Positions 8,604 to 18,211 of a DNA stretch of 64,000 nt are shown here, piece after piece (the first letter of the stretch is position 1; each line of letters opens with the position of its first letter). The position numbers were made by a program, and so were the translations under genes. The stretch comes from Paracoccaceae bacterium (lineage in GTDB: Bacteria; Pseudomonadota; Alphaproteobacteria; Rhodobacterales; Rhodobacteraceae), in the NCBI GenBank assembly GCA_016938875.1, contig JAFGTV010000038.1, forward strand, positions 93,770 through 157,769, written 5' to 3'. A model generated the notes under the pieces. The model was not told the DNA's origin. It worked only from the letters and a program-made list of their open reading frames with translations, and made no database searches.

Positions 8604-10466
8604 TCAGAACAGCGTCGTGAACCGCTCGGGCAGGTGGTAGAGTTCCTTGCTGCGCATGTTCCTGAAAAACCAGTTGCCGGTCGAGGCGGCCTGGGTCCGC
8701 CCCTCGATCATGGCCTTGCGAAAATCGGGGAACTCCATCGTCGTGGCCACAGGTTCAAGTTGGCTCAGGCTGTTGAATACCTCGTCGCCCTGATCCCAGG
8801 TTGCCTTTTTGCGGCCGGTTTGCGCGACGGGGCCGTTTTTCAGTTCCATCCATTTGCGGCGTTTTTCCAGCCGCTGGCGGGACAGTTCGTGATCCACATA
8901 GCGCAGGTGGAACAGGTAGAGATGCGGGTCCAGCGGAACCCGGCGCAGGTTCGAGCCGTGCCCGCCAACCGAAAACCCGATGCGCCCGCGTATCACGCAG
9001 GGTTTGGCGTAATTGGAGTTCAGCCGGAAATTCCGCCGCACCGACAGGATCGGGGCGTCTTGTGTGATCGGCGCCTTTTCGGTGGCGGGCGTATGGACGA
9101 TTTCCACGGCGAAAGGGGAAATCGCGTGGGGCGCGCGCCCCTCCTTGAACTTGGCGTTCAGATAGTCCGAAAGGCTGTCGGAAACGGCGGGATCGACCGC
9201 GAGAACCTCGTCCACATCGTTGCAAAGCACCCAGTTGTAATAAAGCGTCAGGCCGCTGGCGAATTTGGACAGGGCCGTCCATCGACGACCATCAAAGCCG
9301 CTTTTGTCCTCGGGGTTTGGAAGGTGGATGATGTTCGTCCCCGCCGCGATCCGGTCGATGTCCGGGTCCGCCCCGTGGCGCAGCACATACAGGTTTTCGC
9401 GGCCGATCTGCGCCGCGTAGTAGCGCACCCAACGCTCCAGAAAGAAATGGTCCTCGTGCACCATGGTAACGGCGGCGATATTGCCCTTGCTGGGATCGGG
9501 CCCGGTGGGTTTGGCCGGGGGCTGGGTCGGTGCGGGGGCCTGGTGGCGGGCTTGATCCTGGTCGGGCAGCGGCGCAATGCCCGCTGGCAGGGGTTGCTTG
9601 GGCACCCAGCTGACCCGGCGGGTTCCGACCTGATCGCGCAATGCGTCATATCCCTGTTCGGCCAGGCCGTTTTCGGCGAGCACGTCCCACTTGCGGTAAT
9701 GGACGGTGAAAATGCCCCGTTCGTGGGGAAACGGCTGGCCGCGCAATTGGCCGCCCAGGATGAAATGCTGTTCCTCGGGCAGTTCGTTCCAGTCCAGCCC
9801 GGCACGCTGGATCGCCAGCGGCAGGCTCATCTGGTCCAGGTAGGGGCGCTTGTTGTCCAGCCCCTCGATCTGCTCGATGGTCTGTGCGGTCTGCATCCAT
9901 ACCTGGGCAAAGCTTTGCCCGTCGGGGGTGCGGTATTGTTCGGGAAACACCACGAAACCCGAGCTGTAATAGGGGATCATCGGTTTGCGCTTGTCGCGCA
10001 TCAGCATGACCCTTTGCTGGGTGACGGGCATCCCGAAGGCCGCATAGATCGGATCCCAGATTGTCTGCGGCGCCCAGTACATCGACGCCGCCACCGAGGC
10101 CGACACATGCCCCGGCCGGACCAGGTTTTCGATCCGGTTGTCGCGGATCATCAGGATGTCGGAGTCCATGAAGCCCGAAAAATCGGTCGTGCGCGGTTCA
10201 AGACAGGCAAGGATCTTGTTGCCATGGGGATAGGCGGGATCGAACCGCCCCTCGGTCTGCATCGGACGCAGTTCGCAGCGCATCCGCCGCAGGGTTTCGG
10301 TCACGGCCGGATCCAGGTCGCCCAGGCGGTGTTGCGGGCAATAGCCGACCAATTCGACCTCGGCCGGCAGGTGCTGGCGGATCGACGCCGCCAGATAGCA
10401 GGCCATGTACTGGTACTGCGGCGGCTCGACGATAAAGAACAGGGTCAGTGTCGGGGGGGTCACCAT
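8604..10466 (-). CDS. two-domain glycosyltransferase (GT8-like N-domain, GT2/GT92-like C-domain)
   Basis: 620 aa from ATG 10466. N-domain has FMDSDILM (DXD). A Pro-rich linker (APAPTQPPAKPTGPDP) joins it to a C-domain with HEDHFFLERWVRYY and CNDVDEVL. Confidence 0.75.
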   Translation of the reverse strand: MVTPPTLTLFFIVEPPQYQYMACYLAASIRQHLPAEVELVGYCPQHRLGDLDPAVTETLRRMRCELRPMQTEGRFDPAYPHGNKILACLEPRTTDFSGFMDSDILMIRDNRIENLVRPGHVSASVAASMYWAPQTIWDPIYAAFGMPVTQQRVMLMRDKRKPMIPYYSSGFVVFPEQYRTPDGQSFAQVWMQTAQTIEQIEGLDNKRPYLDQMSLPLAIQRAGLDWNELPEEQHFILGGQLRGQPFPHERGIFTVHYRKWDVLAENGLAEQGYDALRDQVGTRRVSWVPKQPLPAGIAPLPDQDQARHQAPAPTQPPAKPTGPDPSKGNIAAVTMVHEDHFFLERWVRYYAAQIGRENLYVLRHGADPDIDRIAAGTNIIHLPNPEDKSGFDGRRWTALSKFASGLTLYYNWVLCNDVDEVLAVDPAVSDSLSDYLNAKFKEGRAPHAISPFAVEIVHTPATEKAPITQDAPILSVRRNFRLNSNYAKPCVIRGRIGFSVGGHGSNLRRVPLDPHLYLFHLRYVDHELSRQRLEKRRKWMELKNGPVAQTGRKKATWDQGDEVFNSLSQLEPVATTMEFPDFRKAMIEGRTQAASTGNWFFRNMRSKELYHLPERFTTLF

Positions 10467-10494
10467 CTGTGCGATGCCGGCTCCTGTCGGTTGA

Positions 10495-11304
10495 TCATCC
10501 CAGGGCTGCTGCGGGGTCGATCCCCACCTGCTGGCACATGCGCCAGACGTACGATCCTTGCAATGGGGCGTGCTTGCGCCACCACGGTTTGGTCCCGTTG
10601 GTATAAAGGTGAACCGACACGGTGGCGTCGGTAAACCACCCCTCGACCCGTCCGTGCGGGTCAAAGAAGATATCGTTCAGCTGGAACGGCACCGGATAGA
10701 GCACATCCGGGGTCATGGCGCGTTTGTAGTCCCCGGTTTCCTTGGCGAAATGGGTAAAGGCCTGCGGCCCGAACGCGGTGCGCTCCGTCTTGTAGATGCG
10801 CACGGCCAGCGGCTCCTTGCCCTTTTGCCGGTCCATCTTCTTGCGCTGGTTCTGGTTCCACCAGGGCGGATAGGCGGGCAGGTTGTCGTAGTAATCCAGC
10901 AGCTGGTCCATCAGATCGCACCTTTGCGGCAGGCCGACCACGCCACAGTTCAGCGCCCCGCGCATGCCGTGCCCGGCAAAGATCCACTCCCACTCGTCGG
11001 GGAAGGGGGCGTGGCAGAACGCATCGCAATCGATCCAGATCGCGCCGGTCTTTTGGATCATCTTGTAACGAAACACGTTCGACAGGAACGAGGCCGAGGT
11101 TTCCTCGACGATGGCCATGTCTATGTCCATGATTTCGCTGGCCGGGCGGATATCCACCCCGTCGGGCGCATTGCTCACCTTGTGGGTGCAATAAAGGGTG
11201 ACGGGATGCCCGTGGACCAGGTGCGATTTCAGGCAAAGCTGGTTGAGGTAATGCAGGTGCTCGCCAATCCAGAGCGACGCGACGGGGCGGCGGGTTTGTG
11301 GCAC
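10495..11304 (-). CDS. GT32-like capsular glycosyltransferase
   Basis: 269 aa. GTG start has AAGGGA 9 nt upstream. Motifs SLWIGE..LNQLCLKS and IWIDCDAF. Confidence 0.7.
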   Translation of the reverse strand: MPQTRRPVASLWIGEHLHYLNQLCLKSHLVHGHPVTLYCTHKVSNAPDGVDIRPASEIMDIDMAIVEETSASFLSNVFRYKMIQKTGAIWIDCDAFCHAPFPDEWEWIFAGHGMRGALNCGVVGLPQRCDLMDQLLDYYDNLPAYPPWWNQNQRKKMDRQKGKEPLAVRIYKTERTAFGPQAFTHFAKETGDYKRAMTPDVLYPVPFQLNDIFFDPHGRVEGWFTDATVSVHLYTNGTKPWWRKHAPLQGSYVWRMCQQVGIDPAAALG

Positions 11305-11792
11305 TTTAGATGGTCCCTTGCTGGCATTGGGCGTGCTGTCGGGGTGAGTTGTCCCTTATTTGAACCGGGGATGTAAAGGACGAAACAGGTACGGCAGACC
11401 GGGGTTTGGCGCCCGGGCGATGTCGTGCCATGTGGCCCGGCGGTGCCGATGGCCGGCCGCGCGTGGGGGGGTGGTTGGGGACATCGGGCGCAGGGTCTCC
11501 CCGGCCCGCCCCGTCCACGCCGGGCAGGGCGGCCCGAAAGGCTGCGGCGGTTCGGTTTCGCGGGCCACGTTCGCGGGACAAGGTGGTGTGATGAAGGCCC
11601 CGACGGGATGGGCCGATCGGGGCGCGTATGATTCTTCGCCCGACGGAAATGCAAAATGATTCCTGTCAAACGGGGGCCATCTGACGCATGCTAGGCTGAC
11701 GTGGCGCGGGACTCCCGATTGATCCTTGGGGAGGGGGAGGGATCCTGCGAAGAGCGGCCCCTCGGGCTGCGCATTTCAGAGGAGGATGGTCA

Positions 11793-13046
11793 ATGTTTCA
11801 TGGAAACCGGATTCTGCCGCTGGTCGCGGTTGCGGGTCTTGCGCTGGGCGGTGCCGCGCGGGCCGAGCCCACGGTCGAGGTCTTGCATTGGTGGACCTCG
11901 GGCGGCGAGGCCAAGGCGGTCGGCGAGTTGAAGAACAGCTTTGAGGCGGCCGGGGGTACCTGGATCGACTCTCCCATTGCCGGGGGCGGCGGCGATGCCG
12001 CGATGACCGCGCTGCGCGCGCGCGTCGTGGCGGGCAATCCGCCCACCGCCGTGCAGCTCAAGGGGCCCGGTATCCAGGAATGGGCCGAGCAGGGCGCGCT
12101 GAACGACGTTCAGGACGTCGCCACGGCCGAGGACTGGGACGCGGTCCTGCCGCCCGCTCTGGCGGCGATCATGAAATACAACGGCAACTATGTGGCCGCG
12201 CCGGTGAACATCCACCGGGTCGACTGGATCTGGGCCAACCCCGAGGTGCTGGCCAAGGCCGGGATCGAGGCCATGCCCACCACCTGGGACGAGTTCAACG
12301 CCGCCGCCGACAAGCTGATGGCGGCCGGGATCACGCCGCTGGCCCATGGCGGTCAGCCCTGGCAGGACGCCACCATCTTCGAGGATGTGGTTCTGGGCGT
12401 GGGGGGCGCGGATTTCTTTCGCAAGGCCCTGGTCGAGTTGGACAATGACGCGCTGACCTCGGACACGATGGTTGCCGCCTTTGACCAGCTGCGCAAGATG
12501 CGCGGCTATGTCGATCCCAATTTCTCGGGGCGCGACTGGAACCTGGCCACCGGCATGGTGATGCGTGGCGAGGCGGCGTTCCAGATCATGGGCGACTGGG
12601 CCAAGGGCGAGTTCCTGGCCGCCGGAAAGGTGCCGGGCAAGGATTTCATCTGCGCGCCGACGCCGGGGCAGGGGTTCGTGCTGAACTCTGACAGCTTCAC
12701 CTTCTTCAAGGTCAAGGGCGACGACAATATCAAGGGGCAAAAGCTGCTGGCCAGCCTGATCATGTCGCCCGAATTCCAAAAGACGTTCAACCTGGCCAAG
12801 GGGTCGATCCCGGCCCGCACGGACGTTGCGCTGGACGCGTTCGACGATTGTGCCAAACTCTCGCATGCGGACCTGCTCAAGGCGATCGAGGCCGACACGC
12901 TGGTGCCCTCGATGGCGCACGAGATGGCGGTGTCGCGCTCGGTGCGGGGCGAGTTTCTGGACCTGGTGACGGAGTTCTTCAACTCTGACATGAGTTCCCA
13001 GGACGCGGTCCAGCAACTGGCCGATGCCGTGAAGCGCGCGATGTAA
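11793..13046 (+). CDS. sugar ABC transporter substrate-binding protein (GtsA-like glucose/mannose type)
   Basis: 417 aa with a signal peptide. VEVLHWWTSGGE ... GNPPTAVQLKGPGIQEW pattern of family-1 SBPs. GGAGGA RBS upstream. Confidence 0.9.
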   Translation: MFHGNRILPLVAVAGLALGGAARAEPTVEVLHWWTSGGEAKAVGELKNSFEAAGGTWIDSPIAGGGGDAAMTALRARVVAGNPPTAVQLKGPGIQEWAEQGALNDVQDVATAEDWDAVLPPALAAIMKYNGNYVAAPVNIHRVDWIWANPEVLAKAGIEAMPTTWDEFNAAADKLMAAGITPLAHGGQPWQDATIFEDVVLGVGGADFFRKALVELDNDALTSDTMVAAFDQLRKMRGYVDPNFSGRDWNLATGMVMRGEAAFQIMGDWAKGEFLAAGKVPGKDFICAPTPGQGFVLNSDSFTFFKVKGDDNIKGQKLLASLIMSPEFQKTFNLAKGSIPARTDVALDAFDDCAKLSHADLLKAIEADTLVPSMAHEMAVSRSVRGEFLDLVTEFFNSDMSSQDAVQQLADAVKRAM

Positions 13047-13095
13047 GACGGGTGCTGCCGGGGGCCGATCGTGGCCCCCGGCTTGCCAACCGGCC

Positions 13096-13995
13096 ATGCA
13101 GCGGGGCGTTTCCATGACATCCATCGGACAAAGGATCGAGCGGCGGCTGCCGTTGATCGTGGTCTCGCCGCTCTTTGCGCTGAGCCTGTTCTTCGTCTAC
13201 GGGTTCATCGCGTGGACGATCTATATCTCGTTCACGAAATCGGGGGTCATGCCGGTCTATACGCTGAACGGGCTGGCGCAATATGATCGGCTTTGGGCGA
13301 CGCCACGCTGGTATGTGGCACTGCGCAACCTGTTCATCTTTTCGGGGCTTTTCATCTCGATCAGCATGGCGATCGGCATTCTGCTGGCGATCCTGCTGGA
13401 CCAGCGGGTGCGCGCCGAGGGGGTGATCCGCACGATCTACCTTTATCCCATGGCGCTGTCGTTCATCGTGACGGGCACGGTTTGGAAATGGATCCTGAAC
13501 CCCGGCCTGGGGATCGAGCGTTTGATGCGCCAGGCCGGGTTCGAGGGGTTCACCTTTGATTGGTTGGTGAATTCCGATTACGCCATCTACACCGTCGTCA
13601 TCGCCGCCGTGTGGCAAAGTTCAGGCTATGCGATGGCACTGTTCCTGGCGGGGTTGCGGTCGGTCGATGACGAGATCCTGAAGGCCGCGGCGATCGACGG
13701 GGCGGGGCCGCTGCGGGTCTATACCCGCATCGTGCTGCCCTCGCTGCATCCGGTATTCCTGTCCACGATCATCATCCTGGCGCATCTGGCGATCAAGAGT
13801 TTCGACCTGGTGATCGCGCTGACCGGGGGCGGGCCGGGCTATGCCACGGATATGCCGGCGACCTTTATGTACGCCTTTGCGTTTCAGCGCAGCGAGTTGG
13901 GCGTCGCGGCGGCCAGCGCGGTGATGATGCTGATGACCGTCAGCGCGATCATCGTGCCTTATCTTTACTCCGAACTCAGGGGGGCGCGAAAATGA
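13096..13995 (+). CDS. sugar ABC transporter permease
   Basis: Six-TM MalF/UgpA-type permease sequence. Start could instead be ATG 13114. Confidence 0.9.
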   Translation: MQRGVSMTSIGQRIERRLPLIVVSPLFALSLFFVYGFIAWTIYISFTKSGVMPVYTLNGLAQYDRLWATPRWYVALRNLFIFSGLFISISMAIGILLAILLDQRVRAEGVIRTIYLYPMALSFIVTGTVWKWILNPGLGIERLMRQAGFEGFTFDWLVNSDYAIYTVVIAAVWQSSGYAMALFLAGLRSVDDEILKAAAIDGAGPLRVYTRIVLPSLHPVFLSTIIILAHLAIKSFDLVIALTGGGPGYATDMPATFMYAFAFQRSELGVAAASAVMMLMTVSAIIVPYLYSELRGARK

Positions 13996-14885
13996 GCAGG
14001 CATCCCACCGGCGGGATCGTGCGGGGCGGCGGGCCGGGAACGGTGGCGCTCAGGGTGGTGCTGTTCGCGGTGCTGGGGGTGTTTTGCCTTTACTACCTCG
14101 TGCCGCTTTTCGTGATGATCTCCACCTCGGTCAAATCGCTGGAGGAGATCCGCAACGGCACCTTTCTGAGCTGGCCGCGCGCGATCACTTTTGACGCCTG
14201 GGACAAGGCCTGGAGCGGGGCCTGCGTCGGGGTGCGCTGCGACGGGTTGCAGCCCTATGTCTGGAACTCGGTGATGATGGCGGTTCCGGCGGTGTTTTTG
14301 TCCACCACGCTGGGCGCGTTGAACGGCTATGCGCTGACCAAGTGGCGGTTTCGCGGGGCCGACATCATCTTTGCGCTGATCCTGTTCGGCGCGTTCATCC
14401 CGTTCCAGGTGATCTTGCTGCCGATGGCGCGCACGCTGGGCGTGATGGGGCTGGCGGGGACGGTGCCGGGGTTGATCCTGGTGCACACGGTCTATGGGCT
14501 GGCGTTTACCACGCTGTTTTTCCGTAACTTCTTTATCGGGGTGTCGGACGGGATCGTGCAGGCGGCCAAGGTGGACGGGGCGGGGTTTTTCGGGATCTTC
14601 TTTCGCATCGTCCTGCCGATGTCCCTGCCGGCGATCGTGGTGACGGTGATCTGGCAGTTCACCCAGATCTGGAACGATTTTCTGTTCGGCGTGTCCTTTA
14701 CGGTGGGGGATTCCAACCCGGTGACGGTGGCGCTGAACAACGTGGTGAACACCTCGACGGGGGTCAAGGAATACAATGTGGACATGGCCGCGGCGATCAT
14801 CGCGGGCCTGCCCACGCTATTTGTCTATGTCGTGGCGGGCGCATATTTCGTGCGCGGGCTGTCGGCCGGGGCGATCAAGGGGTAG
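13992..14885 (+). CDS. sugar ABC transporter permease
   Basis: MalG/UgpE-type permease; ATGA overlap with the previous gene. Confidence 0.9.
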   Translation: MSRHPTGGIVRGGGPGTVALRVVLFAVLGVFCLYYLVPLFVMISTSVKSLEEIRNGTFLSWPRAITFDAWDKAWSGACVGVRCDGLQPYVWNSVMMAVPAVFLSTTLGALNGYALTKWRFRGADIIFALILFGAFIPFQVILLPMARTLGVMGLAGTVPGLILVHTVYGLAFTTLFFRNFFIGVSDGIVQAAKVDGAGFFGIFFRIVLPMSLPAIVVTVIWQFTQIWNDFLFGVSFTVGDSNPVTVALNNVVNTSTGVKEYNVDMAAAIIAGLPTLFVYVVAGAYFVRGLSAGAIKG

Positions 14886-14889
14886 GGCG

Positions 14890-16032
14890 ATGGCAGCAGG
14901 GATCCGGCTGGACAAGATACGCAAGAGCTTTGGCGGAACCGATGTCATCAAGGGCATCGACCTGGAGATCGAGCCGGGTGAATTCGTGGTGCTGGTCGGC
15001 CCCTCGGGTTGTGGCAAGTCCACGCTGTTGAACCTGATCGCGGGGCTGGAAACCGCCACCTCTGGCGAGATTTCGATCGGCGGGCATATGGTCAACACCA
15101 CGCCGCCGCGCGACCGGGACATCGCCATGGTGTTCCAGTCCTACGCGCTTTATCCGACCAAGACGGTGCGCGGAAACATCACCTTTGGCATGCAGACCCG
15201 GCGTATCCCCAAAGCGGACCAAGAGGCCGCGCTACAGGAGTTTTCGACGCTTTTGCAGATCGAGCATCTGCTGGAGCGCAAGCCAGGACAACTGTCGGGC
15301 GGGCAACGCCAGAGGGTCGCGATGGGCCGCGCCCTGGTGCGCCAGCCCGCGGTGTTCCTGTTCGACGAGCCGCTGTCGAACCTCGACGCCAAGCTCAGGA
15401 TCGAGATGCGCACCGAGATAAAGAAGCTGCACCAGCGGCTGGGCAAGACCGTGGTCTATGTGACCCATGACCAGATCGAGGCGATGACCCTGGCCAGCCG
15501 GATCGCGGTGATGGACAACGGCCATATCCGCCAATTCGCCGACCCCGCCACGATCTATGAAAACCCGGTGGACATGTTCGTGGCCGGGTTCATGGGCTCG
15601 CCCCCGATGAACATGATCCCCGGCCGGTTGCAGCGCGATGGTGGGCTTTACATGGTGCCCGATGGCGCGCCTGCCGGGCTGCGGTTCCCGCTGGCCGAAA
15701 CCGAGAGCGCGGACCTGGACATGCCCGATGGCCACAAGGTGGTCCTGGGCCTGCGCCCCGAGACGATATTTGCCGCCGGCAGTGAATTGCCGGGGCCCGC
15801 GCGGTTCGCCTTTGATCTGCCGGTGGACGTGGTCGAACCGACCGGCCCGGACACGATGATCGTGTTTCAGATCAATGGCCAGGACCTGATCGCGCGCGTG
15901 CGCCCGGCCGACGCCCAGCCGGCGGGCAGCCTGTTCCGCTTTGAGGTCGACATGGCCAAGGCCAAGCTTTTCGACGCGGCCACCGGGCGCAGGCTCCAGT
16001 CCGGGCAACCCCCGAAAATCCCGCAGGCTTGA
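14890..16032 (+). CDS. sugar ABC transporter ATP-binding protein (MalK/UgpC family)
   Basis: 380 aa from ATG 14890. Walker A GPSGCGKST, signature LSGGQRQR, Walker B FLFDEPLS, and a C-terminal MalK-type regulatory domain. Confidence 0.92.
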   Translation: MAAGIRLDKIRKSFGGTDVIKGIDLEIEPGEFVVLVGPSGCGKSTLLNLIAGLETATSGEISIGGHMVNTTPPRDRDIAMVFQSYALYPTKTVRGNITFGMQTRRIPKADQEAALQEFSTLLQIEHLLERKPGQLSGGQRQRVAMGRALVRQPAVFLFDEPLSNLDAKLRIEMRTEIKKLHQRLGKTVVYVTHDQIEAMTLASRIAVMDNGHIRQFADPATIYENPVDMFVAGFMGSPPMNMIPGRLQRDGGLYMVPDGAPAGLRFPLAETESADLDMPDGHKVVLGLRPETIFAAGSELPGPARFAFDLPVDVVEPTGPDTMIVFQINGQDLIARVRPADAQPAGSLFRFEVDMAKAKLFDAATGRRLQSGQPPKIPQA

Positions 16033-16085
16033 GTGCCGCGCGACACGGTGCTAGGACGCCCCTTGCGGAAAAAAGGGGAACGCAC

Positions 16086-16565
16086 ATGGCAGGGATCCTG
16101 CACCGGGCCTGGACCGAGGTCATCCAGCCGCTTTTTCGTCGCCCCAACCGCTTTCAGGTGGCCGCGTTGTGTTATCGCCGGTCCGGTGACGGGCAGATCG
16201 AGGTCTTGCTGATCACCTCGCGCGATACCGGGCGGTGGATCCTGCCCAAGGGCTGGCCGGTCAGTGGCCAGGACGCCGTCGGATCGGCCGTGGCCGAGGC
16301 CTGGGAAGAGGCGGGCGTCAAGCCGGCCCATATCGGGCAGGTCGCGCTGGGCAGTTATCACTATGACAAGCGTCTGCGCGGCGGAGTGCCGGTCACCTGC
16401 GAAACCAAGGTTTTCCCGATCGAGGTCGACACCCTGGCCGACACCTTTCCCGAACAGGCCGAACGCCAACGTCGCTGGGTCACCCCGCAAGAGGCCGCGG
16501 GCATGGTCGATGAGCCGGGCCTGCGCACGCTGCTGGTGTCGCTGCCCGGTCCACTGGCGGCCTGA
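16086..16565 (+). CDS. NUDIX hydrolase
   Basis: 159 aa. NUDIX box GWPVSGQDAVGSAVAEAWEEAGV. AAAAGGGGA RBS before ATG 16086. Confidence 0.8.
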   Translation: MAGILHRAWTEVIQPLFRRPNRFQVAALCYRRSGDGQIEVLLITSRDTGRWILPKGWPVSGQDAVGSAVAEAWEEAGVKPAHIGQVALGSYHYDKRLRGGVPVTCETKVFPIEVDTLADTFPEQAERQRRWVTPQEAAGMVDEPGLRTLLVSLPGPLAA

Positions 16566-16610
16566 GGCCCGCCCCCGATTCCCTTTCCCACAAAGCATGG
16601 CGGACACGGT

Positions 16611-18093
16611 TTGAGCGATCAGAAAGCCGACTATCACTGGAAGACGCTGGACAAGGATCTCAACCGGCTCAGCCGGGTGGAATACGCCACGCTTTACGTG
16701 TCCCGACCGTTGGTGGGGATCGGCATTTCGCTGGCCTTCATCGTGCTGGCGACCTTGGCGGCAGGTCTGATATTTGGCCAGGCGCAGGGGTCGTTTTTCG
16801 TGATCGCGGCGGCTGCCCTTGGCGCCTATATGGCGCTCAATATCGGGGCCAATGACGTTGCCAACAACATGGGTCCGGCGGTCGGGGCGAATGCGCTGTC
16901 GATGATGGGGGCCATCGCGATCGCCGCGATTTTCGAAAGTGCGGGCGCGCTGTTGGCGGGGGGGGGATGTGGTTTCGACGATCTCCAAGGGGATCATCGA
17001 CCCCGCCAGCGTGGCGGATGCGCGGGTGTTTACCTGGGCGATGATGGCGGCACTGTTTTCCGCCGCGGTCTGGGTCAATATCGCCACTTGGGTCGGCGCG
17101 CCGGTGTCGACCACCCATTCGGTGGTGGGCGGTGTGATGGGGGCGGGCATTGCCGCGGCGGGATTTGCGGCGGTGAACTGGCCGACGATGGGCGCGATCG
17201 CGGCCAGCTGGGTGATTTCCCCGGTTCTGGGCGGCGTGTTCGCGGCGGCGATGTTGGCCTTTATCAAGGCGCGGATCATTTATCAGGACGACAAGATCGC
17301 CGCCGCCCGGCGCTGGGTGCCGGTGCTGATCGGGCTGATGGCGGGGACGTTCGCGACCTATCTGGCGCTCAAGGGCCTCAAGAAGATCATCGAGATCGAC
17401 ATGCGGCATGCACTGGCGATCGGGGCCATGGTCGGTCTTGCGGGCTGGGCGATCACGGTGCCGCTGATCCGGCGCCAGTCGGCGGGGCTTGAGAACCGGC
17501 GCAAGTCGCTGAAGGTGCTGTTCTCGGTTCCGCTGGTGATCTCGGCGGCGCTGTTGTCCTTTGCCCATGGTGCCAATGATGTGGCCAACGCGGTCGGCCC
17601 GTTGGCGGCCATCGTCCACGCCCAGGAATTCGGCGTGGTGTCGGGCAAGGTGGCGATCCCGTCCTGGGTGATGGTGATCGGCGCGCTGGGGATTTCGTTC
17701 GGGCTGGTGCTGTTCGGGCCCAAGCTGATCCGCATGGTCGGCAGCCAGATCACCAAGCTGAACCCGATGCGCGCCTATTGCGTGGCGCTGTCGGCGGCGA
17801 TCACGGTGATCGTCGCCTCGTGGCTGGGATTGCCGGTCAGTTCGACCCATATCGCGGTGGGCGGGGTGTTCGGTGTCGGCTTTTTCCGCGAATGGCACGC
17901 CGAGAACCGCGCCCGCCGCCAGAGCCTGGGCCGCCCCCCCGCCAAGCGCATCGCCCAGGAAGAGCGCCGCCGCCGCAAGCTGGTGCGCCGGTCGCATTTC
18001 ATGACCATCATCGCCGCCTGGGTGATCACCGTGCCCGCCGCGGCGCTGCTGTCGGCGGCGATGTTCCTGCTGTTCAACGCGCTTTTCGGCTAG
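16611..18093 (+). pseudogene. PiT-family inorganic phosphate transporter, frameshifted in a G9 homopolymer
   Basis: GANDVAN motif occurs twice (NIGANDVANNMG, HGANDVANAVG). ORF 16611..17492 carries the first ~118 residues and ORF 16939..18093 the rest. The frames switch inside the GGGGGGGGG run at 16958-16966. Removing one G restores ...ESAGALLAGGDVVSTISKGII... Confidence 0.75.
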
Positions 18094-18211
18094 AAATGGG
18101 CGTTCCACCGCCGAGCCGGTGGCGATTTCCCGCCCATTTGCCCGTTCACCGGGTCTCAACGCTATTGGGTCAACTTGTCTGTGGACATCTATGGGGATAA
18201 GGGAATCATCC

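Noticed and set aside
8634-10634. 666-aa plus-strand ORF
   Set aside because: It is antisense to the two-domain glycosyltransferase (DXD motifs on the minus strand) and has a low-complexity Arg/Gly/His-rich translation.
16958-16966. G9 tract in the PiT gene as a programmed phase-variation switch
   Set aside because: By a rough estimate, runs of nine G/C are expected several times by chance at this base composition. Homopolymer indels are also the commonest assembly error. Without read-level heterogeneity the simplest explanation is an artefact or a recent mutation.
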